Shown here: piece by piece, positions 7,752 to 16,319 of the stretch
Layout of the letters: each line of letters opens with the position of its first letter
Position numbering within the stretch: the stretch's first letter is position 1
Virus record (IMG/VR): IMGVR_UViG_3300048856_000012
Location: 1 to 41,002 of that record
Source: a virus
Taxonomy: Duplodnaviria > Caudoviricetes
Strand: one strand, 5' to 3'
Length of the DNA: 41,002 nt
Notes under the pieces: generated by a model
The model's database searches: none
Seen by the model: only the letters and a program-made list of their open reading frames with translations
Told to the model about the DNA's origin: nothing
Made by a program: the position numbers and the translations under genes

Positions 7752-7874
7752 ATGAGCGACAACGACCTGATGCTAGCCATGATCGCGGCCTGGAATACTA
7801 AAGACATGAGCACCTATTCAACGCTCTGCAAAGAGGCAGCAATCCGCAACTTAGCAGAATGGTCCGAGGAATGA
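7752..7874 (+). CDS. Hypothetical 40-aa early protein
   Basis: GGAG RBS; first ORF after the rightward promoter. Confidence 0.6.
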   Translation: MSDNDLMLAMIAAWNTKDMSTYSTLCKEAAIRNLAEWSEE

Positions 7875-7886
7875 TTTTGCCGCTAA

Positions 7887-8176
7887 ACCTAAAGCCCCTT
7901 CACCGGGGCTGTGCCAGTACCGAAATGAACAAAGGGGCAAGACGAAATGGCTAAGAAACTGACCAACATGCAGGCGACTCGTGCTTACGTGGAGAACATG
8001 CAGAAAGAAATCGATCTGCTTCGCAAAACGTTGAGCGAAACGCTTGATTACGCTGGCGGTAGTGACCTGCCGGCCGATCACCCTCTGGGTAAAGCATGGG
8101 AAGTTCGCCGCAAGTATGAGGAGCGCGCTCCCAAGTGACTCACCTCAAGCCCCTTAACTGGGGCTTTGCCAGTACC
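7887..8176 (+). repeat. Two copies of a 35-bp intergenic hairpin-containing repeat (7887-7921, 8142-8176)
   Basis: ACCTmAAGCCCCTTmACyGGGGCTkTGCCAGTACC, 31/35 identical. Confidence 0.85.
7947..8138 (+). CDS. Hypothetical early protein
   Basis: 63 aa; AGGGG RBS. Confidence 0.7.
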   Translation: MAKKLTNMQATRAYVENMQKEIDLLRKTLSETLDYAGGSDLPADHPLGKAWEVRRKYEERAPK

Positions 8177-8195
8177 AACAACCGGAGGTACCGAA

Positions 8196-8423
8196 ATGCA
8201 GACCATCCCTACCGAAGCTCGCCGCCTGATGGACACTTACGCCCATACCGCTCGCACCACTGAAAGCGATGCCGTGGCCGAAGCCAACATCAGCGTACTG
8301 ACTGGCATGATCGGGTACGCGGTCACCTGCGGCCATATCACGGCGCAGCAGCACTCCGCCGAGTGGCGGGCCATTACCCTGATCCGCGATGAGCGTGCAG
8401 CGCGCCGGCTGCGTGCGGCATGA
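8196..8423 (+). CDS. Hypothetical early protein
   Basis: GGAGG RBS before ATG 8196. Confidence 0.75.
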   Translation: MQTIPTEARRLMDTYAHTARTTESDAVAEANISVLTGMIGYAVTCGHITAQQHSAEWRAITLIRDERAARRLRAA

Positions 8424-8514
8424 TCCGGTTAATCGTCGCTCAGACAGCAACATTCGTAACATACGGCTACTCGCTGGCCGCAATCTTCACAATTCTGGAA
8501 TGGATGATTCGCAC

Positions 8515-8685
8515 ATGAAAACTAAGCCTCAAGCAACCCGCGCCACGCCTTCGCAGATCCGCCTTCACATCGTCCGCCAGCGCTTCTTGGGCGAGCTGAT
8601 CATCGGCAGCGAGCGCGGACCCAGCCGATGGGATCTGATGACCTCCGCTCTTTGCCTGGCAGCACTGATCACGCTGGGCGTGTGA
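8515..8685 (+). CDS. Hypothetical small protein with hydrophobic C-terminus
   Basis: MKTKPQ...SALCLAALITLGV. Confidence 0.55.
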   Translation: MKTKPQATRATPSQIRLHIVRQRFLGELIIGSERGPSRWDLMTSALCLAALITLGV

Positions 8686-8749
8686 CAGTCGTTTGAGGCT
8701 TGTGATCTTGCGAGAGCGCAGGCACCTGAAACCACTGAGCAGTAGAAGT

Positions 8750-8878
8750 ATGGAAGAACACGACGACGATCCCATCTGCCCGTACTGCACGGCAGAGTTC
8801 TGCAATCAATTCGCCTTGATGCACCACGTCCGTGAGTGCCAGGCCATCATCGGCAAGACCGAACCAGAGGAAGATTGA
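8750..8878 (+). CDS. Small C2H2/C2HC Zn-finger-like protein
   Basis: CPYC...LMHHVREC; stop overlaps next start. Confidence 0.55.
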   Translation: MEEHDDDPICPYCTAEFCNQFALMHHVRECQAIIGKTEPEED

Positions 8879-9273
8879 TGAAAAACCCTGATTGCCATTT
8901 CTGCAACGACACGAAGAAAGAGCCGGGCTTTGATACCTGCGTCTGGTGCGCCGATCCTGTTGGCGAGGTAATCGCCGAGGACAAGGTGCGGCTGTCGCCG
9001 GCCTCCATCAAGCGCGCGCTGTCCGCCAACAATGGCGTTCCGTCGACGACTGTCCCTGTTGATCGTGACGCCGACTACGACGCCCTCCGCCAGCAGCTGG
9101 CCGACGTGACGGCGCAACTAGATGAAGCCAGGTCGCTGCTGCGCGAAACCTCGAAAGCGATTCTTTCCCACCAGGCACAGCAGCCAATGTCCAACCGTAT
9201 TGCGGCGATGCTGACCAAGGCTCGCGCAAAGGTTGACCGCTACCTTAATAAATCCAACGGAGTAAAACCATGA
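8878..9273 (+). CDS. Hypothetical protein (N-terminal CxxC-CxxC, coiled coil)
   Basis: CHFC...CVWC; overlaps neighbours. Confidence 0.7.
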   Translation: MKNPDCHFCNDTKKEPGFDTCVWCADPVGEVIAEDKVRLSPASIKRALSANNGVPSTTVPVDRDADYDALRQQLADVTAQLDEARSLLRETSKAILSHQAQQPMSNRIAAMLTKARAKVDRYLNKSNGVKP

Positions 9274-9881
9274 TCCCCAACTTCGGCAACATCACGGCCA
9301 GCGGCGTGCGTTATCGCTTCCCCGATATCGCTCCGGCCCACCTTCACTGGATCGACCCCAAGGGTCATGAGAACTACTTTTGCCCTGATGACGGCGGCCT
9401 TTCTGGCACCAGCTCCAACCCGCGCACCGAACTGCGCGAGACCGACGAGAACGGCGACGACTACAACTGGACCGTAGGTGACGCCCGCCACTCGTTCAGC
9501 GCCACGTTGCGCGTTGAGCTGACTGGCAAGGTCGGTAAAACCATCTGCGCCCAGATCCACGCGCACAAGGCACCGAATCCGTTTGTGATGGTTACGTGGT
9601 GGAAAGGCGAGATCCGCGTTGACTATCGCGAGACGCCAGACGGTGACGCCCGCAAGGTGATCGCTATGCCCTGGCCGCTCGGCAAGCCGTTTAAGATTTT
9701 CTGGATAATCTACGAAGACCGTCTGCTGCACATCAACCTGCAAGGCGAAAGCACTGACGTGGTGATCAGCGAAGAGTGGGACAAGTACCCGTTCTACAAG
9801 AAGCGCGGCGCGTACATCGGCGGCTGGGTTGTCTATGAGTCTTCAGAGTTGCGTCATGAGCCGGTGGGGGTGCAGTTGTGA
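9270..9881 (+). CDS. Polysaccharide lyase family 7 (alginate lyase-like) protein
   Basis: PL7 signatures PRTELRE, AQIH and C-terminal FYKKRGAY (variant of YFKAGxY) in correct order. Confidence 0.8.
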   Translation: MIPNFGNITASGVRYRFPDIAPAHLHWIDPKGHENYFCPDDGGLSGTSSNPRTELRETDENGDDYNWTVGDARHSFSATLRVELTGKVGKTICAQIHAHKAPNPFVMVTWWKGEIRVDYRETPDGDARKVIAMPWPLGKPFKIFWIIYEDRLLHINLQGESTDVVISEEWDKYPFYKKRGAYIGGWVVYESSELRHEPVGVQL

Positions 9882-10363
9882 GCGGGCAAACCAATCAACC
9901 GCCAGCGCTCGGCGGCGAGCCGGAAGTCCTGGGCTACCTATTCCGTTGGGATTACAACCACGGAAATGGCTGGACAAAGAATCAAACTCGGTTCGTTGAA
10001 AGCATGGAACACGTCGAACATGAAGACCAAAGTTCGTTCCGCGAAATTACGCCCGTTGTGAGCCAAGCCAGCATCGCCCCGCTACAGGCTGAGATTGAGC
10101 GGCTGACTGCGGAGCGCGATGCACAGATGGAAGTGGCGAGATCGAGATTGATCGGGCAAAAGCGCGCCAATTCAGACCTTCGTAAAGCTCAGGCCCGCAT
10201 CGCCGAACTTGAAGCCGGGCAGCCCGCCACGGCGAAGGTGGTTCTTCCTGAGCGCATGGAACTTCGTTCATCTGATGGATCGGAAACTTACGAGACAAAG
10301 GCCTGGAACGCCTGCATCGACGCCACCGCCAAACTGAACGGAGTAACGCCCGATGAGCAATGA
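9878..10363 (+). CDS. Hypothetical phage protein
   Basis: Coiled coil plus WNACIDA motif; GTGA overlap. Confidence 0.7.
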   Translation: MSGQTNQPPALGGEPEVLGYLFRWDYNHGNGWTKNQTRFVESMEHVEHEDQSSFREITPVVSQASIAPLQAEIERLTAERDAQMEVARSRLIGQKRANSDLRKAQARIAELEAGQPATAKVVLPERMELRSSDGSETYETKAWNACIDATAKLNGVTPDEQ

Positions 10364-11213
10364 ACTGGAACCGTGCCCGTTTTGCGGTGAGCAGGTGAAG
10401 CAGCCCGTGTCGCGACCATCTTCAAATGACAAGAGGGACGGATTTGTGGCCTTCCTGGCCTGTTATTGCGGCGGTTATTCGGCAACCGCACACCGCATGG
10501 GCAGCGGCGAGAACGAGCGAGACGCCGTTCGTGACGTGATTGCCAAGTGGAACAACCGCGCCCAGCCTGCCGCCCCTGTGACGACGCCTGAGCCGGTGAA
10601 ACTCCCCGAACGGAAACATCACAAGTGCCACGGGCTTACTGCTTTAGACATCGAATGCGATGGCTGGAACGCATGCCTTGATGCAGTAGAGAAGCTCGGG
10701 CCGCTCTACACCCACGGCCGCAAAGGCTTGGTTGAGCGGTTGCTTTCAGAGATTGAGAGGCTGAATCGAGAACTGCGCGCCCACGCCGATGCGTCCGAGG
10801 TTGAGCGGCTGCGGGTCGAGAATAAGCGTTTGTGGACGGCGTACAGCGACCAGCAAGACAAGCGTATTGCCGCAGAGGGTGAACGCGACAACGCACGCGC
10901 CCAATTGGCCGAGCTGGGTGCGCTGCTGCGTGATGCCCGTTCAGACATGCAGATTTGGTGCGACAAACACCCTGATGAGGCGCCGCTTACCAAGCACCTT
11001 ATTCGGACTATTGACGCCGCCCTATCCGCCAGGGCAGAGCCGATCGCGCCGAAGTACCCGATAAGCCACGGGGCGCACATTACTCAGTTTCACGATGAGA
11101 CGTTTGTTTGGTACGACGAGGCGGGTCTGCAAGGCGGAGTGACCTACTCACTCGGGCAGGCACAACTTGCGGTAGCTTGGCACGGCAAGCAGCTGAACGG
11201 CGGGGCGCAATGA
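10353..11213 (+). CDS. Lar-family restriction alleviation domain fused to accessory modules
   Basis: ELEPCPFCG...C.CG...AKWNNRA. Confidence 0.75.
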   Translation: MSNELEPCPFCGEQVKQPVSRPSSNDKRDGFVAFLACYCGGYSATAHRMGSGENERDAVRDVIAKWNNRAQPAAPVTTPEPVKLPERKHHKCHGLTALDIECDGWNACLDAVEKLGPLYTHGRKGLVERLLSEIERLNRELRAHADASEVERLRVENKRLWTAYSDQQDKRIAAEGERDNARAQLAELGALLRDARSDMQIWCDKHPDEAPLTKHLIRTIDAALSARAEPIAPKYPISHGAHITQFHDETFVWYDEAGLQGGVTYSLGQAQLAVAWHGKQLNGGAQ

Positions 11214-11578
11214 TGGCAGGCCGCGAATACAGATACCTTGAGCGCAAGGCCGCCGGTGAAGAGGCTGCACGATGGTTGCAGCCTTACGCCAGTCGAGCCG
11301 CTGCCGATGGGTTGAAAGACGTCACGGTATCGCTCAAAGACCTTCAGGACGTTCTGGCTTACATCCAGTCGCAGACCGCTCGCGACAAGATCGAGTTCTG
11401 CGGCAAGAAGCTCGGGTACGCCAGGGCCGGAGACATGCGGGATCTGATAGGCGGAAAGATCAACGGGATGTGCATCAAGCGCGTGGCGGGCTCACAGTTC
11501 AACATCGAAGTTACGTTCCGCGAGCTGCCCGAGTATGTCGAAAAGCCAGAATCTGTATTGACAGGTGATGGCAGTTAG
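11210..11578 (+). CDS. Hypothetical protein
   Basis: 122 aa; ATGA overlap. Confidence 0.7.
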   Translation: MMAGREYRYLERKAAGEEAARWLQPYASRAAADGLKDVTVSLKDLQDVLAYIQSQTARDKIEFCGKKLGYARAGDMRDLIGGKINGMCIKRVAGSQFNIEVTFRELPEYVEKPESVLTGDGS

Positions 11579-11586
11579 TACATATT
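11558..11586 (+). promoter_or_regulatory. Sigma70 promoter
   Basis: TTGACA-N17-CATATT. Confidence 0.6.
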
Positions 11587-11592
11587 TCGCTT

Positions 11593-11746
11593 CGCCAAGG
11601 CCGTGGAACGCTGAAGCACCGTAAGACCAGATGCCGGGGAATCAAGCCCGATGTAGCAACGACTGTTCTGCTCCAGATCAAGCCTCCCCGGCACTGGTCG
11701 ATCTGGAAACAGAGTTCCACCAGTCGTTGACTAGATCGGGTTTTTT
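11593..11746 (+). ncRNA. Candidate pseudoknotted sRNA or attenuator leader of the recT operon
   Basis: Four interleaved helices ending in T6; promoter directly upstream. Confidence 0.6.
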
Positions 11747-11765
11747 ATTGTCTTGAGGAAAGTCC

Positions 11766-12683
11766 ATGAGCAACCTTGTCGCAATCGCCAACGAGATCTA
11801 CGGAGCGCGCGAGTCGTTCGCGTCGGTCCTGACAGATCGGTCCCTGAGCTTCGAGCGTGAAGCCGAGTTTGCAATCCAGACGATCACTGGCAACGACTTC
11901 GCCATGAAAATCGCGATGGGCAACAAGCAATCGGTGTTCAACGCGGTGACCAACATCGCGGCTATTGGCATCAGCCTTAACCCGGCAAAGCGCCAGGCGT
12001 ATCTCGTGCCGCGCGATGGAAAGATCTGTCTGGATATCAGCTACATGGGCCTGATGGATCTGGCGATGGCGACCGGATCGATCAAGTGGGCCAAGGCCGA
12101 GCTGGTCTATCAGCAAGACGCGTTCTCTCTGAACGGTTTCGACAAGCCGCCGACTCACTCGCATAACCCTTTCTCCAAGGACCGTGGCGAGATCGTCGGC
12201 GTGTATGTGGTCGTGAAGACTGCGGACGGTGACTACCTTACGGACTGCATGAGCCGCGAAGAGATCGACGCGATCATGAATCGGTCCCAGTCCGTGAAGT
12301 CGGGCAGATCGTCACCGTGGAAAACCGACTTCGGCGAAATGGCCAAGAAGACCGTAGTAAAGCGCGCCTACAAATACTGGCCGAAGACCGACCGGCTCGA
12401 TAAGGCTATCCACCATCTGAACACCGACAGCGGCGAAGGCTTGGCCGCGCTGGCACCGCAAGGCCCAAGCGAACTGGCCGAACAGTGGATTCAGCGTGCG
12501 GCTGAGTGCGAGACGGCGGAAGCGCTTAAGGCATGCTGGACCAGCGCACAGCAGTCGTTCAAGGATGCTCAGGATCGCAGCGGGCACGCCCAGTTCAAGG
12601 CGTTCGTAGAGAAGCGCGGCCAGCATCTGAAGGCCCAACAGGCACCAATCGAAGGCGAAGTTGTACAGGAGAACGAGCAGTGA
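11766..12683 (+). CDS. recT: RecT-family single-strand annealing protein
   Basis: GISLNPAKRQAYLVPR, ISYMGL, SPWKTDFGEMAKKTVVKRAYKYWP. Confidence 0.93.
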   Translation: MSNLVAIANEIYGARESFASVLTDRSLSFEREAEFAIQTITGNDFAMKIAMGNKQSVFNAVTNIAAIGISLNPAKRQAYLVPRDGKICLDISYMGLMDLAMATGSIKWAKAELVYQQDAFSLNGFDKPPTHSHNPFSKDRGEIVGVYVVVKTADGDYLTDCMSREEIDAIMNRSQSVKSGRSSPWKTDFGEMAKKTVVKRAYKYWPKTDRLDKAIHHLNTDSGEGLAALAPQGPSELAEQWIQRAAECETAEALKACWTSAQQSFKDAQDRSGHAQFKAFVEKRGQHLKAQQAPIEGEVVQENEQ

Positions 12684-13342
12684 AAATCCTACACCTTGAG
12701 CAAGGTTCCGATCTCTGGCTGGCAGCGCGCGCCGGAGTCTGCACGGCGTCACGGTTCGGTGATGCACGGGCGAAGCTGACCCGCGCCAGCGCCAACGGCA
12801 AGGCGGGCGATCCAGCGGCAAGCGCTTTGGTCTACGCCTGGTCAATCGCACTTGAGCGCATCGCGGGCAAGCCGGTAGACGAGTCGTTCAGCACCTGGCA
12901 GATGAAACGCGGGACCGAGCTGGAGCCGCACGCACGATTTGCATACGAGATCCAGACCGGACTGATGGCTTCCGAGTCCGGCATCTGCCTCTCGGACTGC
13001 GGTCGCTACGGTTACTCGTCTGATGGCCTGGTGGACGAAGACGGGATGATCGAGATCAAATGCCCGGCGGCACCTCAGAAGATCGGCGCTATCTGGTCGG
13101 ACCCTGAAGGCGCGGCGGCTGAATACATCGATCAGATTCAGGGCGGTTTGTGGATCACTGGCCGCAAGTGGTGCGATCTGGTCGTCTTCTGCCCTTGGCT
13201 GGAGTCGGTCGGCAAAGACCTGTTCATCAAGCGCATTGAGCGCGACGAAGCGTACATCGATTCGCTGGCCGCCGATCTGGAAGCATTCTCCAAGATGGTC
13301 GACCAGTACGAAGCCGTGCTGCGCCAACCGATGAGCGCCTGA
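12680..13342 (+). CDS. YqaJ / lambda-exonuclease family protein
   Basis: QGSDLWLAARAGVCTAS, RGTELEP, SSDGLV, IEIKCP, YIDQIQ; GTGA overlap with recT. Confidence 0.92.
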   Translation: MKILHLEQGSDLWLAARAGVCTASRFGDARAKLTRASANGKAGDPAASALVYAWSIALERIAGKPVDESFSTWQMKRGTELEPHARFAYEIQTGLMASESGICLSDCGRYGYSSDGLVDEDGMIEIKCPAAPQKIGAIWSDPEGAAAEYIDQIQGGLWITGRKWCDLVVFCPWLESVGKDLFIKRIERDEAYIDSLAADLEAFSKMVDQYEAVLRQPMSA

Positions 13343-13343
13343 C

Positions 13344-13763
13344 ATGGACTTCAAGCTGGAATCCGAATCGGATCGCAGTCGGCTGATGGGGCATATAGCC
13401 GGGCTCAACCTGGAGAAGCCGCGCAAGGTTTCAATCGTTGGACAGGACCGGAGCGCCGAGCAGAACAAGAAGCTGCATGCGCTGCTTGCTGATATCGCCG
13501 CCCAGGTCGAGCACGCAGGCATGAAGTGGGATGTAACGATATGGAAACGGCTCTGTACCGCCGCATGGCTTCGCGAGCGCGGCGCGTCAATCCAGATGAT
13601 CCCGGCAATCGACGGCAAGGGAGTAGACGTGCTGTACGAGCCGACAAGCAAGCTGAGCATGAAGAAGTGCGCCGAACTGATCGAATGGGTTACCGCATTC
13701 GGTGCAGAGCACGGCGTCAAGTGGAGCGCGACCGATCATTGGAACGGTCGTTACGACCAGTAA
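13344..13763 (+). CDS. ninB: NinB/Orf-family recombination protein
   Basis: RSAEQNKKLHALLADIA, TSKLS...ELIEWVTAFGAEHGVKWS. Confidence 0.88.
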   Translation: MDFKLESESDRSRLMGHIAGLNLEKPRKVSIVGQDRSAEQNKKLHALLADIAAQVEHAGMKWDVTIWKRLCTAAWLRERGASIQMIPAIDGKGVDVLYEPTSKLSMKKCAELIEWVTAFGAEHGVKWSATDHWNGRYDQ

Positions 13764-13819
13764 CCGAACACCATATTTCACCAAAACCAACCCAAAAATA
13801 GACGTAAGGAAGTACCCCC

Positions 13820-14770
13820 ATGAAAGCAGAACATAAAGCCATTCTTGCCGCCGCCGAGAAAGACGGTGTTTCCCCAATGGAAAAAGACGCAGCGCTGATC
13901 GTGCATGACATGGTCAACGCCACGCGCAAGCAAATGGCACGCTTTGAAGTCGGGTTCAACAAGATGACGGAGAAGCAGCAAGATGCCGTTCTGGGCGAGC
14001 TGGCTGACTCCTACAAGGAAACCGCGTTGATCGTCGCCAGGATGATCGCCAGCGCCGGCACGCCATCCATTGGCATGACCTGCAAGGATCTGAAGATCAG
14101 CAACGGCACGTTGACCGGCATCGTGGGCAGTGACGAAAAATACTTCAACGACCTGATCTCGAAGGTCCAGGACAAATCCGAAGTGCTGATCGTACTGTAC
14201 GAGCGCGACTATGCGCAGGGGCTGGACAACATCCAGGCGGACAAAGATCAGCCGTCGCTCGATCTCGATGGCCCGGCAAACGAAAAGAAACCGCGCACCA
14301 GCAAGCCGAAGGCCGAAGACAAGCCGATTGACCTTGCTCCGAAGATGATCGAGGACGCCATCGTCTTCGTCCGCAACCAGCAGACCGCCGCTTTCGCCGC
14401 CATTCAGAACCATTTCAAGATCGGCTTCGGCAAGGCTGAAGCGCTGCTGAAGGCGCTTGAAGATCTGGGAGAAGTCCAATTCGTTGGCGACGACAAAAAC
14501 GGCCAGTACGAGCTTGTACGCCGTCAGCCGGTGGTCACCACTGAACAGGGCGAAAAGGTAGAGATTGATCCGGACAGCGCCGAGGTTTTCTACGCGACTG
14601 CGGTGAAGGCCGTCATGAAAGCCGGTTCCACCGCTGACGAGGTTCTGCGCCCGATCTACGGCGACGACGACAACGCTATTGAAGTGGCCCTGATGCGCAT
14701 GGAAGAAGACGGCATCGTCACTCCGCCGAGCCCTGAAGGCCTGCGCGACGTGCTGCAACTTCCGGCTTAA
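13820..14770 (+). CDS. Protein with FtsK gamma-like winged-helix domain(s)
   Basis: IEDAIVFVRNQQTA...IQNHFKIGFGKAEALLKALEDLGEV and C-terminal MEEDGIVTPP...RDVL. Confidence 0.7.
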   Translation: MKAEHKAILAAAEKDGVSPMEKDAALIVHDMVNATRKQMARFEVGFNKMTEKQQDAVLGELADSYKETALIVARMIASAGTPSIGMTCKDLKISNGTLTGIVGSDEKYFNDLISKVQDKSEVLIVLYERDYAQGLDNIQADKDQPSLDLDGPANEKKPRTSKPKAEDKPIDLAPKMIEDAIVFVRNQQTAAFAAIQNHFKIGFGKAEALLKALEDLGEVQFVGDDKNGQYELVRRQPVVTTEQGEKVEIDPDSAEVFYATAVKAVMKAGSTADEVLRPIYGDDDNAIEVALMRMEEDGIVTPPSPEGLRDVLQLPA

Positions 14771-14786
14771 ACCGGACACGACAGAG

Positions 14787-14811
14787 AGCCTCGCTTATGC
14801 GGGGCTTTTTT
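14787..14811 (+). terminator. Rho-independent terminator
   Basis: AGCCTCGC-TTAT-GCGGGGCT followed by T-tract. Confidence 0.8.
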
Positions 14812-14828
14812 ATGCCTTCGATATCGCA

Positions 14829-14858
14829 TTGACATTCTTCGAGTGAAGGCTATATGAT
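14829..14858 (+). promoter_or_regulatory. Sigma70 promoter
   Basis: TTGACA-N18-TATGAT. Confidence 0.6.
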
Positions 14859-14889
14859 CTCGCCACACACACCAGAAAGGCATACCGAA

Positions 14890-15090
14890 ATGAGCAACCG
14901 AGATACCGTAGAGCGTCAGAAATTCGTTGTGCGCTTCGACGACGAGACCAGCCGCGATCTGGTCGACGAGGCAGCGTCCAAGCAACACATCTCGATGAAC
15001 GCGTTTGTTTTGCAAGCTATCGATGAAAAGCTGGCGCGTGGCCGCCGCATGGATCGCCTGCTGGATATCGCCGAGCTGGCCCTGAAGTAA
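14890..15090 (+). CDS. Arc/ribbon-helix-helix DNA-binding protein
   Basis: KFVVRF...AASKQHISMNAFVLQAI; AAGG RBS. Confidence 0.85.
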   Translation: MSNRDTVERQKFVVRFDDETSRDLVDEAASKQHISMNAFVLQAIDEKLARGRRMDRLLDIAELALK

Positions 15091-15136
15091 TCAATCAGCC
15101 GTCAAACACCCATCAAACAAAGACCGAGGAAAGACC

Positions 15137-15802
15137 ATGAAAATTGATTGGAGCAAAGCTCCGGAATGGGCAAATAGCATTTGCCGGCATATCGGCGGGT
15201 CTAGGGCAGCAGTAGGTGACAAGGGATACAACTTCGACTTCCATCGCAAAGAGGCCCCGCAGCTTCCTTTTAAAGATCAGTATTGCCCGCGCAACTTCTT
15301 TGTCATTGAGAATCGTCCCGCTCGTGATCCCGCCTGCGAACATAGCGAATCCAACCGCCTTGGCTTCCCTGAGTGTGGCGCAGAGTTCAGCCAGCCAAAA
15401 TACCAATCCCCGATCCGAGCAGAGGTTACCCCGCCAGCATGGACCGGCGAAGGCCTGCCGCCTGTTGGGGCGATGGTGGAAATATCCCGGAAAGGCTTTG
15501 GCATAAGGAAGGGATCAGAAGATTTTCTAGGTCTCCCCGTTCGCGTAGCAGCGACCTTCACAACGGCTGACTCAGGCGTTGCAATGATCGCAGTAGATGG
15601 CGGTACATCTCTTGGGTGTGAGGTATTCAGAGCTGATATGGCGATCCCCATCCGCACCGCCGAGCAGATCGCGGCGGAAGAGCGAGAAGCAGCATGCAAG
15701 CAGATCTGCATTGATGCGGGTTCGCCGGAAGGGACTCGCGGCCAGATGGAAACTGCCTACAGGCTCTACGACGCGGGCTACCGCAAGCAGGCAACCCCAT
15801 GA
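15137..15802 (+). CDS. Hypothetical phage protein
   Basis: IDWSKAPEWA, WTGEGLPPVG and LYDAGYRKQ motifs recalled from Pseudomonas phage proteins. Confidence 0.8.
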   Translation: MKIDWSKAPEWANSICRHIGGSRAAVGDKGYNFDFHRKEAPQLPFKDQYCPRNFFVIENRPARDPACEHSESNRLGFPECGAEFSQPKYQSPIRAEVTPPAWTGEGLPPVGAMVEISRKGFGIRKGSEDFLGLPVRVAATFTTADSGVAMIAVDGGTSLGCEVFRADMAIPIRTAEQIAAEEREAACKQICIDAGSPEGTRGQMETAYRLYDAGYRKQATP

Positions 15803-16014
15803 GCCGCATCGAATTCATCGCCGGCCTTCGCTGGGCTCGCGAGACGTGCGAAGTGCTGGGCGTGCTGGTCAACGCAGACCACAACATCACTCCAGTGGTG
15901 GACGTGCTGAAGCGCGGGCTGATCGACAAGCCGGCGGAGTATGCGAAGGGCGTTCAGTCGTTCATCAACCAGTTGCAGCAGGCGGCGGCGCAGGCCGGCA
16001 GGGGGAAGGTATGA
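15799..16014 (+). CDS. Hypothetical protein
   Basis: ATGA overlaps both sides. Confidence 0.7.
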   Translation: MSRIEFIAGLRWARETCEVLGVLVNADHNITPVVDVLKRGLIDKPAEYAKGVQSFINQLQQAAAQAGRGKV

Positions 16015-16319
16015 GCGAGCACACACCGGGGCCGTGGGTTATGCGGAGAACCGCAGCGGGATACTCAGGAACGCGCGGATGGGCCATCGACTTTAACGAA
16101 GATCAGGAACAGGTCGTTGACTTTGTGTACGAAGAGGCCGACGCCCGCCTGATCGCCGCAGCGCCCGAACTGCTTGCCGCAGCTGAATCCGTCATGGCTT
16201 GGTGGGAGCAGCACCAGTACGACACATGCGGGGAGCGCGGCGAAATCAATGTGTTCGACGAGGAACCGGATTTCGTTGTCCAGGCGCGCGCCGCCATCGT
16301 CAAGGCCAAGGCCGAGTAG
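16011..16319 (+). CDS. Hypothetical phage protein (HTPGPW / ARLIAAAPELL family)
   Basis: MSEHTPGPW...DARLIAAAPELL. Confidence 0.8.
   Translation: MSEHTPGPWVMRRTAAGYSGTRGWAIDFNEDQEQVVDFVYEEADARLIAAAPELLAAAESVMAWWEQHQYDTCGERGEINVFDEEPDFVVQARAAIVKAKAE

Noticed and set aside
11631-11756. 41-codon ORF (MPGNQARC...) spanning the structured recT leader
   Set aside because: No SD and the start is buried in a helix; kept only as a remote leader-peptide possibility
12842-14779. 292-aa and 333-aa minus-strand ORFs
   Set aside because: Antisense to well-supported exo, ninB and FtsK-gamma genes
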